From Thermoplasmata archaeon (GTDB lineage: Archaea; Thermoplasmatota; Thermoplasmata; Lutacidiplasmatales; UBA184), in the NCBI GenBank assembly GCA_050011075.1, contig JBEKJT010000003.1:1-32184 (forward strand): a stretch of DNA of 32,184 nt, read 5' to 3'. Below are positions 24,674-32,184 of the stretch, in pieces (within the stretch, counting starts at the first letter, position 1; the number at the start of each line of letters is the position of its first letter). Both the position numbers and the translations under genes were made by a program. The notes beneath the pieces are model-generated. The model saw nothing but the letters and a program-made list of their open reading frames with translations. It ran no database searches and was not told the origin of the DNA.

Positions 24674-25495
24674 ATGGATTGGGGAATGGCGAACCGCATG
24701 CATCGGATGTTCTCGCCGCTCAGCCGCAACACGGTGATGCTGGCGGTCGACCACGGTTACTTCATGGGACCGACCCACCACCTCGAGGATGCGCGCGCTA
24801 CGATCGCTCCGCTCCTGCCGCATGCGGACGCTCTCGCGCTCACCCGAGGGATCCTGCGCCATGCGGTCGACCCCACCACCTCCACCCCGATCGTGCTGCG
24901 GGTATCGGGCGGAGCTACGGTCCTCCAGGAGGACCTGTCCAACGAGGCGATCACCACGTCGATCCACGATGCCGCGCGTCTGAACGTGAGCGCGGTGGCG
25001 ATGAGCGTCTTCGTCGGCGCTCCCCACGAGCACGAGTCGCTGGTCAATCTCGCCGACCTCGTCGACGAGGGGGAGGACCACGGAATCCCGGTCATGGCGA
25101 TCACGGCGGTCGGCAAGGAGCTCGAGAAGCGCGACGCCCGGTACCTCGCGCTCGCGTGCCGGGTCTCGGCCGAGCTCGGGGCCCATCTCGTGAAAACGTA
25201 CTACTGCGACGGATTCTCCAAGGTCGTCGAGGGGTGCCCGGTGCCCCTCGTGGTCGCGGGCGGACCGAAGCTCGACAGCGAGGAGGCGGCGCTCCGCCTC
25301 GCTCGGAGCGCGATCGATGAGGGCGCCCACGGAATCGACATGGGCCGGAACATCTGGCAATCCGACCACCCGGTGGCCATGCTCAAGGCTCTGCGCTCGG
25401 TCGTGCACGAGAAAGCGACCGTGCGCGAAGCCCTCGACGTCCTCGCGGCCGAGAAGGCCCAGCCGGTCCGCCCGGCTCGGACCGCCACGGCGTAG
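24674..25495 (+). CDS. lsrF: LsrF-like class I aldolase / thiolase
   Basis: MDWGMANRM, LAVDHGYFMGPT, LRVSGG, RDARYLALACR..AELGA..VKTYY (Schiff-base Lys), AGGPKL, GIDMGRNIWQS. These match the LsrF subfamily pattern. Confidence 0.78.
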   Translation: MDWGMANRMHRMFSPLSRNTVMLAVDHGYFMGPTHHLEDARATIAPLLPHADALALTRGILRHAVDPTTSTPIVLRVSGGATVLQEDLSNEAITTSIHDAARLNVSAVAMSVFVGAPHEHESLVNLADLVDEGEDHGIPVMAITAVGKELEKRDARYLALACRVSAELGAHLVKTYYCDGFSKVVEGCPVPLVVAGGPKLDSEEAALRLARSAIDEGAHGIDMGRNIWQSDHPVAMLKALRSVVHEKATVREALDVLAAEKAQPVRPARTATA

Positions 25496-25525
25496 GGCCG
25501 ATGGCGGACCGGTTCGTCCGAGCCC

Positions 25526-27034
25526 CTAGCGCATCGACTCGTTGAAGGCGCGGGCGCCGAACGTCCGCCCGCTCAGTTCGCGGACGCGGGGCTGCCAATC
25601 GAAGGCCGATCCTTCCCGGAACCAGTGGCGGACGAGCCACGGGCCCATCTTCCGGTTCGGCCAGGTCGGTCCGCCGACCTCCTCGAGGGCCGCCGCCAGG
25701 AGCTGGGGACGCAGCAGGGCCGCGACCAGATAGCTGGTAGCGTAAATCGGGGCTTCGACGAAGAACGAGTCGGCGAACGAACGGGGCTCGTAGGCGTCGA
25801 AGCCGCACACCGTCCGTCCGAATCGCCGAGACCGCTCCGCCGGGTCCGCGGTCGGTCGCAGATAGAGGTCGAGCTCCTCGCGGATCCAACCGACCAGGGA
25901 TGCCATGCTCGCGAGGGGGGTTCGTCGGGTTTCGGCGACAAAGGAACCGACCTCGCGGGCCGAGAGATTGCCTCGAGCGAGCAACCACGGCTCGGACTCG
26001 GCGATGAGTTCGAAGAACTGCCCGATCCCTTCGTGGAACCCCCCAAATCCGGGGAGACCTTCGGACCAGCGCAAGAGGTGCGTGGGGGCGCGGACCGAGG
26101 CGGAGTGGACCCCGTGGCCCACCTCGTGGAAGAGGACCATGTACTCGCCCCATCCCCGGCCCGGGTGGACCACGATCCGTACGTCCCGCGGAGGGTCCGG
26201 CGCGATGCAGAGGCCACCCGACGGAATATCGTGCCGGTCGACGCGGAATCGAAGGGCCGAAGGAGGGAACCCCCAGGCCCGGACCCCGCGGAGGACGGAA
26301 GGAAGCATGCCGTTCGAAGGGAACGCGGCCTCCGGGAGCCCTCTAGAGAGGTGCGACGCATAGACGGCATCCCACGGATACCAGCCACGTCCTCCAGTGC
26401 GGTCCTCGAACTCCTCCCGCCGTCGGCGCATCTCGGCCGGAACGAGGCGCAGCCATTCGCCGAGGAGCCTTTGGAGGCCGGCGACCGAGATCCCATCGAA
26501 GCTCAACCGGAACTCCGGGTACGAACGGAAGCCGAGCTCCCGGGCTTTCTCGTTGCGCAGGGCCACAACGGCTCGGAGGTCGTCCTCGATCGAGCGGTAG
26601 AGAGGATCCTCGGCGTACCAAGCCCTCCGCCGCTCCGCCCGGTCGGGGTGGGTCCGTAACGCGGTCCGCACGACGATACGGTCGACGCGACGTCCGTGCC
26701 ACCGCGGTCGGAATCCCGAGACCCGGGCCTGCAGGCGGCTCCGCCGAACGACGATCTCGGGGTCCTGCTCGATCCGCGATTCGAGCGTCGCCCGCTCGAG
26801 CAGTCCGAGGCGGCGATCGAGCAGACCGCTCACCCCGGACGAGCGAAAACGACGGGTAGACTCGAGAACGTCGGGAGCGCTCAGGAGGCGATGGCGCCGT
26901 TCCTGCCACAGCCGTGCGCCGGTGCGCGAACGGCCCGAGGCGAGCCGCCACTCCGCGAGGAGGATCGCTCGGTCCAGCGGCGCTAGCCGTCGCTCTACCC
27001 CATCGATGAATCGTCGGGCTTCGCGGAGCGTCAT
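25526..27034 (-). CDS. Gluzincin metallopeptidase (M3/M2/M32-like)
   Basis: LRNEKARELGF.SY, PWD, LFHEVGHGVH (HEXXH), downstream FHEGIGQFF third ligand. Start placed at ATG 27034 (MTLREARRF) to avoid overlapping the tRNA. Confidence 0.75.
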   Translation of the reverse strand: MTLREARRFIDGVERRLAPLDRAILLAEWRLASGRSRTGARLWQERRHRLLSAPDVLESTRRFRSSGVSGLLDRRLGLLERATLESRIEQDPEIVVRRSRLQARVSGFRPRWHGRRVDRIVVRTALRTHPDRAERRRAWYAEDPLYRSIEDDLRAVVALRNEKARELGFRSYPEFRLSFDGISVAGLQRLLGEWLRLVPAEMRRRREEFEDRTGGRGWYPWDAVYASHLSRGLPEAAFPSNGMLPSVLRGVRAWGFPPSALRFRVDRHDIPSGGLCIAPDPPRDVRIVVHPGRGWGEYMVLFHEVGHGVHSASVRAPTHLLRWSEGLPGFGGFHEGIGQFFELIAESEPWLLARGNLSAREVGSFVAETRRTPLASMASLVGWIREELDLYLRPTADPAERSRRFGRTVCGFDAYEPRSFADSFFVEAPIYATSYLVAALLRPQLLAAALEEVGGPTWPNRKMGPWLVRHWFREGSAFDWQPRVRELSGRTFGARAFNESMR

Positions 27035-27101
27035 CGCGGGACGACCGGAGAGACGGAGCGACCGGCGGAGATATAGGCCGCGCAGCGTAGGGGCCCGACG
27101 C

Positions 27102-27186
27102 GCGGGGATTGCCAAGCTTGGCCAAAGGCGCCAGATTCAGGGTCTGGTCCCGTAGGGGTTCGTGGGTTCAAATCCCTCTCCCCGCA
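27102..27186 (+). tRNA. tRNA-Leu (anticodon CAG), intronless, CCA not encoded
   Basis: Acceptor stem GCGGGGA/TCCCCGC plus discriminator A; D-arm GCC..GGC; anticodon stem CCAGA/TCTGG with loop TTCAGGG; long variable arm; T-loop TTCAAAT. Confidence 0.93.
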
Positions 27187-27189
27187 CCG

Positions 27190-27321
27190 AACCCGCAGAC
27201 GCACCGATACCGCCTCCTGTTCGAAGTGGGCGGGCAGCTGCTCATCCAAATGGGGATGGGCCCCCGGCCGGGATTCTACGATCGCCTCGACCGGCTTCGA
27301 GGTCTCCGGCCGAAGGGATAA
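27190..27321 (+). pseudogene. Possible C-terminal fragment of a RelE/ParE-like toxin gene
   Basis: Frame reads ..YRLLFEVGGQLLIQMGMGPRPGFYDRLDRLRGLRPKG*, resembling the RelE C-terminal YR-h-h-F/Y...h-G-x-R-x-x-h-Y pattern. No room for an N-terminal half outside the tRNA. Confidence 0.35.
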
Positions 27322-27417
27322 TCGTCGATCCGTTGGAGGAAGTGCGTTCTCCGATCGGAAGCACACGGGAGGCCGTGCCTTCCTCGGAGGATGGGCGACA
27401 GTCGCCCCCAGGGGCGG

Positions 27418-28206
27418 TCAGGTCCTTTCCGACGTCTCGGGTGCGGCGGGGACCGGAGGGCTCGCACGGCTGCGGGTCCCATCGATCGCAGCGTGGACCC
27501 GCTTGTTCACCTCGAGGAGCAACGCGTCCCGTTCCTCGGGGCGTCGGATCATCACCGTCAGCACGAGGTCGGTCGATTGGACGGTCCGCGCCTTTGTCGC
27601 GAGGATGGGCGGGAAGCGCTTGTCGAGTCGAAGCCGCAGCTTCGAGAGGCTCTTCAGGATCGCACTTTCCACGGGGGCGATATCGACGCTGCCCGGCAAC
27701 GAGATCGGGATCGTCAACTCCTTCCACGCCTGCGGCGACGCGTTGATGAGGGTCTCCTTGAGGAGGAGCGAGTTCGGAAGCGCGATGAGCCGGTCGTCCT
27801 CGGACAGGAGGAGGGTGGTCATCGCGTTGATCTCGATGACCTTCCCGGAGTGGATCCCGACCTGGATCGAGTCCCCGACCTTGAACGGGCTGTACACGTC
27901 CGAGAAGTACTTCGCGCCGAAGTTCTCGAGCGGGATCCTCAGAGCGACGATCGCCGCGATCGCGAAGAGACCGACGACGAGGACGAGGATGTCGATGCTG
28001 ACGCCGGCCTCCTGTACCGCCAGCAGGAGCCCGACGAGCCACACCACGACCGCGCCGAGGCGCCGCGCTCCCGCCGCCACCTGCGGGGCGCTCTGACGCA
28101 TCAGACCGCGGATCACCAGACTCGCTATCCAGGCCACGAGCCACGTTAGGGCGAGGATGGTCGCGACGAGCAGATACGGGGTCGTCCAATTCGGGAGGCC
28201 GAACAT
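27418..28206 (-). CDS. Small-conductance mechanosensitive channel (MscS family)
   Basis: Three N-terminal TM helices, then LENFGA....YSPFKVGDSI....SGKV.EI....T.L...D...I.LPNS. Confidence 0.85.
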   Translation of the reverse strand: MFGLPNWTTPYLLVATILALTWLVAWIASLVIRGLMRQSAPQVAAGARRLGAVVVWLVGLLLAVQEAGVSIDILVLVVGLFAIAAIVALRIPLENFGAKYFSDVYSPFKVGDSIQVGIHSGKVIEINAMTTLLLSEDDRLIALPNSLLLKETLINASPQAWKELTIPISLPGSVDIAPVESAILKSLSKLRLRLDKRFPPILATKARTVQSTDLVLTVMIRRPEERDALLLEVNKRVHAAIDGTRSRASPPVPAAPETSERT

Positions 28207-28207
28207 C

Positions 28208-29584
28208 TTAGGCCTCCAGGACCCCGACCATCAGCTTCGCTTCCGCACGGGCCGCGGTTCCGATCGTGCAAGCGCGAGCGGTGACCGCGGCGTTACGCGC
28301 GAGCCGGGCCGCGAGCTCACCGGAGTCATCGATCAGCGCACGCATCTTCCGGGCGAGCGAAGTGAAGTCGTCGGGGTCGAATAGGATTCCGTTCTTGCCG
28401 TCCTCCACGAGCTCGGCGATGCCCGCCCGGTCCGTCACAAGGGCGGGTCGATGGTGGAGCCAACTTTCGACCACGACCAGGCCGAATCCTTCGTTGACCG
28501 AGGGGAGGACGGTGAAGAGACACCGCTCGTAGAAGCAGTCCAGGGCGGACTGAGGGACGTGTCCCGCGAAGATCACCCGCTCCTGGATCCCGAGCCGCTG
28601 TGCCTCCGCCTCAAGATGGGACTTCCATCGTTCCGACATCGAGCGCCCGGGTCCTCCGTGCGCTCCCGAGAAGCTCCCGTTCCCGACCAGCACCAGGCGA
28701 AGGCGAGGGTACTTCGGGAGAAGTTGGGCGACCGCCCGGAACGCGCGGTCGTGCGCCTTCGCCGGGTCCATGCGCGCCACCACCAGTACCACGATATCGT
28801 TCGGACGCACGCCCCATCGGGCGCAGGTGGCGGCGGCCTCTTCCCGGCTCGGCCTCCCGTACTCTTGCGGGTCGACGTACGGGTACATTCGCACGGCCCG
28901 TCCACGGAACCCGAGCGTCTTGAGGGCGGTCCGATAGCGGTCGCAGCTCACCACCACGACGTCGTAGCTGTCGAGATAGTTCACGAAGAGCGCCCGCCAG
29001 TTCTCCGGGATCCGGGCCACGTCGAACGGGATGTGCCATCGGAAGATCTTCGGCTTCAACGTATCGAGCATCTGTCCGACCGGCATCTGCTGGAAATCGT
29101 GAATGTAGAACAGGTCGAAATCGAGCTCGGAGTCCAAGCGTCGGATCCGTTCCGAGGTGGTCCGGTTGTAGAACGCGTACTCGCTGAACTCATCGCTCCA
29201 GAACAGGTCTTCCGAGGCCTCCGGTGCCTCGAGTCCGTGTACCGTGGACCAGATCGCCTCCTTTGTCTTTCCGTAGCCGCCCATCCGCTCCGGATCGAGC
29301 CCGACATTGTGCAGGGTCAGTCCACCGGTCCGGACGACCCGGGGACCGACCGGGTTCAGGGAGACCCAATCGGCATGCTCCAGGGTCCCCTGCGCAAGCA
29401 GCTTCTTCACCAGAGGATAGACCATCCGGGTCACCCCTCCCGGTGAGAACCGGTAGTCGACGCCCTCCTCGAGTCGCCCGAGTTCGACCGATTCCTCGGT
29501 TCCCGGGACGCCATGCCCGCCCGGCGGGGCGAGGAACTGAAGCAGAGGGGTCTGGCTGTTGATGCAGACGTTCAGTTTCTCCAA
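28208..29584 (-). CDS. Glycosyltransferase family 4, TreT (trehalose glycosyltransferring synthase)-like
   Basis: PGGVTRM, IHDFQQ, FRWHIP, VARMDPAK, PSVNEGFGLVVVESW, DGKNG. TTG start preceded by GAGGG. Confidence 0.82.
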   Translation of the reverse strand: MEKLNVCINSQTPLLQFLAPPGGHGVPGTEESVELGRLEEGVDYRFSPGGVTRMVYPLVKKLLAQGTLEHADWVSLNPVGPRVVRTGGLTLHNVGLDPERMGGYGKTKEAIWSTVHGLEAPEASEDLFWSDEFSEYAFYNRTTSERIRRLDSELDFDLFYIHDFQQMPVGQMLDTLKPKIFRWHIPFDVARIPENWRALFVNYLDSYDVVVVSCDRYRTALKTLGFRGRAVRMYPYVDPQEYGRPSREEAAATCARWGVRPNDIVVLVVARMDPAKAHDRAFRAVAQLLPKYPRLRLVLVGNGSFSGAHGGPGRSMSERWKSHLEAEAQRLGIQERVIFAGHVPQSALDCFYERCLFTVLPSVNEGFGLVVVESWLHHRPALVTDRAGIAELVEDGKNGILFDPDDFTSLARKMRALIDDSGELAARLARNAAVTARACTIGTAARAEAKLMVGVLEA

Positions 29585-29613
29585 GGAGTCCCTCGAGAGT
29601 TCGCGTTCGTAGG

Positions 29614-29628
29614 TCTAAGTATTTCGCG
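29614..29628 (-). promoter_or_regulatory. BRE-TATA-like promoter candidate for GT4-MscS
   Basis: Minus strand CGCGAAA-TACTTAGA, about 30 nt upstream of the TTG at 29584. Confidence 0.45.
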
Positions 29629-29734
29629 GCGCTTCGTCGTCCGGATTTGGACAATATCTTTCGGTCCAGTCTGTTTCCCAGTTCTCGGCGGGTGGCCCCT
29701 TCGAGGGAGAAGAGAGAGTGGGCCGGGGACCTAA

Positions 29735-30538
29735 TCAACCTGACGTACGACGGACAGGTCGAATGCGATGGTCGAGGCCGGGACCTGGCTCGCGCGGTAA
29801 CTCAGGATTCGAACCGGGAGAACGCGGGCGGCCGGCGAGATACCCGGTGAGGGGGCCCGTGACGAACTCCGCGACTCCCGCTTCGAACCGGGCGCGGGAT
29901 ACGTAGTCTGCGATGGCACGCACGCGCGGTTCCGCGTTTCCCACCGCACCGGAGAGAGCCGCGGCCCGGAGCAGGTCGATATCGTTCTCCGCGTCGCCGA
30001 TGGCCGCGAACCGGTGCGACCCGAGATGAAGGGCTCGGAGGGCGAGCCGCATCCCGGTGGCCTTGGTAACCCCCGGAGGGAGGACCATGACCCGGTCGAC
30101 GTTGGGGACGAGGTCGACTTCCAGGCCTTCCAGGAGCCGGGCGACCCTCCGTTCCATCGCCCGTGGGACCGACACCACCACCTCGCCGTACTCCACGCCC
30201 GTCGCGTGGAGCGCTGCGAGGCGTTCGCGCACCCGCGTTCCGCTCGCCCGGCCGACGACCCGCACCGGGGCTCGGATCGGGGCTTCGATTACCGCTCCGT
30301 TCTCCGCGACGAGCGCGTCCACGTGTTGCAACTGCCGTGCGATCGCGGCCAGTTGGACGTACTCCCGCCCCGAGGCAAGGATCACTTTCAGCCCCAACCG
30401 GTGGACCGTGGCGAGGACGTTCGACGCCGCGGCGAAGGAGGTGCCACCGGGTCGAATCAGCGTACGGTCGAGGTCGACCCCCAGCGCCACGACCGGGTCC
30501 CGCCGGTTCGACGGCACCCAACCTCTGGTTCCACTCAT
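29735..30538 (-). CDS. HAD-superfamily phosphatase, Cof/subclass IIB (phosphoglycolate phosphatase-like)
   Basis: Motif I DLDRTL, motif II ASGR, AENGA, motif III TKATG, motif IV GDAENDIDL, AVGNA. Confidence 0.87.
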   Translation of the reverse strand: MSGTRGWVPSNRRDPVVALGVDLDRTLIRPGGTSFAAASNVLATVHRLGLKVILASGREYVQLAAIARQLQHVDALVAENGAVIEAPIRAPVRVVGRASGTRVRERLAALHATGVEYGEVVVSVPRAMERRVARLLEGLEVDLVPNVDRVMVLPPGVTKATGMRLALRALHLGSHRFAAIGDAENDIDLLRAAALSGAVGNAEPRVRAIADYVSRARFEAGVAEFVTGPLTGYLAGRPRSPGSNPELPREPGPGLDHRIRPVRRTSG

Positions 30539-30777
30539 GCCTCTCCGGAGTCGGTAGAATCGTCCTTTAGATGCCTCGGCCTACCCACGGGAAACGGCTA
30601 AGCCAAAGGGCCACCGTCTCGGAGAGCACGCGGGCGTAAAGCATGAGGTCTCCGAAGGACACAGCTCGCATCGGCATCTCGTTGTGGCGCAAGGACTCGA
30701 CCATGCCGAGCGTCGTGGGCGCGGGAGAAGGACACCGGGACGCCGTGATCCGGGACGTACAAGCGAGGAGGATCGCG

Positions 30778-32184
30778 ATGCGATCCGAGCCCCGGCCGGC
30801 GAACTCGGTCACGAGCAGGACGGCGGCCGAGATGCCGACGACGGCGGCCGGACCGTCGGACCCGGGATGGTTGAGCCTGTACGACTACGGACTCATCGGG
30901 AATCAACGTACGTGCGCGCTCGTCTCCCGAAACGGGTCGGTCGATTGGGCCTGCTTCCCTCGATTCGACAGCCCGAGCGTGTTCGGGCGACTTCTCGACC
31001 GTCGGGTGGGGGGATTCCATCGGCTCTCCCCGAAGAACAGCTACGTGTCCTACCAGCAGTACGTGGGCGGGACGAACATTCTCTCGACATTGTTCGAGCT
31101 CCGCCGTGGCCTCGTGCTCACGCTGACCGATTTCATGCCGGTCGGACCTCCCGCGACGGCTCCGGAGGGAGAGCCGCGGATCGTCCGCAGAATGGCCGCT
31201 CGGGGCGGCGCCATCGATGTCGCCATCTCCGTCGACCCCCGATTCGATTTCGCGCGACGGTCCCCCTCCTGGACGCTCGAGGGTGGTCTCGCACGGGCAG
31301 AATCGGGACCCGACCGACTGGCCGTGACCACTCCCTGGGTCTGGGACCGGTCGGACGGGGGCGTGACCTCCGAAGGAACGGTGACACCAGGGAACCCGGT
31401 GTTCGCCCAGGTCCGGTGGGGCGACCCTCCGCCGGCGGACCCCTCCCCCGCTGCGCTGCTCTCGGTCACGGACGCGTACTGGCGTGGCTGGGTATCGCCC
31501 GCCGACGCACCGATGCGCCGGGTGGCCGCCCGCTGGCATCCCTGGGTCGAGCGCTCGGAGCTCGCGCTGAAGCTCTTGTCGTACGGGAACACCGGGGTCT
31601 TCGTCGCGGCCCCCACGACCTCTCTTCCCGAGTGGCCGGGAGGGACACGGAACTGGGACTACCGGTACGTCTGGATCCGGGATGCCGCGTTCACGGCGCA
31701 GGTCTTCCTCTTGCTGGGGCATGTCGATGAAGCTCGGTCGTACGTCGGCTGGGCCTTCGACCGGGTGGCCGCCCTGGGAGAGGGGGAGGAGGTCCCCACC
31801 ATCTACACGGTCGACGGGGGGCGTCCCCCGACGGAAGTCGAATTCGACCATCTCGAGGGGTACCTGGGGTCGCGGCCCATCCGCGTCGGGAACGCCGCCG
31901 GGGGCCAGCGGCAGCTGGACGTCTACGGGGAGCTCCTGGATTCCGCGCTGCTCCTGGAGCATAACGACCCGGCGTTCGTCCGAGAACGCTGGCCGATCAT
32001 CGAGCGGCTGGCGCACCGGACCACCGAGCTCTGGTCCCAGCCGGACCAGGGGATCTGGGAGTTCCGCACCGCGCCGGCGCATTTCGTCCATTCGAAGCTC
32101 ATGTGCTGGGTGGCGCTCGACCGAGCGATCCAGCTGGCCCGGTCGTTCGGCAAGACGGAGCCGCTCGACCGGTGGACCCGCGTC
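30778..32184 (+). CDS. Glycoside hydrolase family 15 (trehalase/glucoamylase-like); 3' end runs off the window
   Basis: Read by hand; absent from the track. DYGLIGNQRTCALVSRNGSVDWACFPRFDSPSVFG, AAPTTSLPE..GG.RNWDYRYVWIRDA, IRVGNAA..QRQLDVYGE, PDQGIWEFR, HSKLMCW. The ATG at 30778 follows GAGGAGG; alternative in-frame ATGs at 30643, 30703 and 30832. Confidence 0.9.
   Translation, partial: MRSEPRPANSVTSRTAAEMPTTAAGPSDPGWLSLYDYGLIGNQRTCALVSRNGSVDWACFPRFDSPSVFGRLLDRRVGGFHRLSPKNSYVSYQQYVGGTNILSTLFELRRGLVLTLTDFMPVGPPATAPEGEPRIVRRMAARGGAIDVAISVDPRFDFARRSPSWTLEGGLARAESGPDRLAVTTPWVWDRSDGGVTSEGTVTPGNPVFAQVRWGDPPPADPSPAALLSVTDAYWRGWVSPADAPMRRVAARWHPWVERSELALKLLSYGNTGVFVAAPTTSLPEWPGGTRNWDYRYVWIRDAAFTAQVFLLLGHVDEARSYVGWAFDRVAALGEGEEVPTIYTVDGGRPPTEVEFDHLEGYLGSRPIRVGNAAGGQRQLDVYGELLDSALLLEHNDPAFVRERWPIIERLAHRTTELWSQPDQGIWEFRTAPAHFVHSKLMCWVALDRAIQLARSFGKTEPLDRWTRV

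Noticed and set aside
27031-27366. Short ORFs spanning the tRNA (27031-27366 minus; 27109-27321 plus as a full gene)
   Set aside because: They overlap the tRNA-Leu gene. Only the portion downstream of the tRNA is kept as a possible remnant.
1-32184. CRISPR array, rRNA, IS/transposase or integrase
   Set aside because: No regularly spaced repeats or matching motifs were seen on reading, and nearly all of the sequence is explained by metabolic genes.

Overview
A GC-rich window (roughly 70% by eye, not computed) that looks archaeal: BRE/TATA-like promoters, GGAGG(TG) ribosome-binding sites, an archaeal-type tRNA-Leu without encoded CCA, and a sequon-rich membrane-anchored binding protein. Thermoplasmata-like affinity is an inference. 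Positions 1-24.6 kb form a dense amine/nitrogen cluster. It holds four class III PLP aminotransferases, three aldehyde dehydrogenases (MmsA-type, PatD/aminobutyraldehyde-type and one unassigned), a GNAT, two amidohydrolases, a saccharopine-dehydrogenase-like oxidoreductase, an orphan gene, a five-gene Opp/Dpp-type ABC transporter, and glnA divergent from an Lrp regulator. The best candidate for an undescribed system is this cluster, read as an archaeal polyamine/omega-amine uptake and catabolism pathway (inference). Downstream lie an LsrF-like aldolase/thiolase, an HEXXH peptidase, tRNA-Leu(CAG) followed by a possible RelE-like remnant, and an osmolyte-like module (MscS, GT4, HAD, GH15). No CRISPR array, rRNA or transposase was seen. 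Most other ORFs in the track are GC-rich shadow frames.
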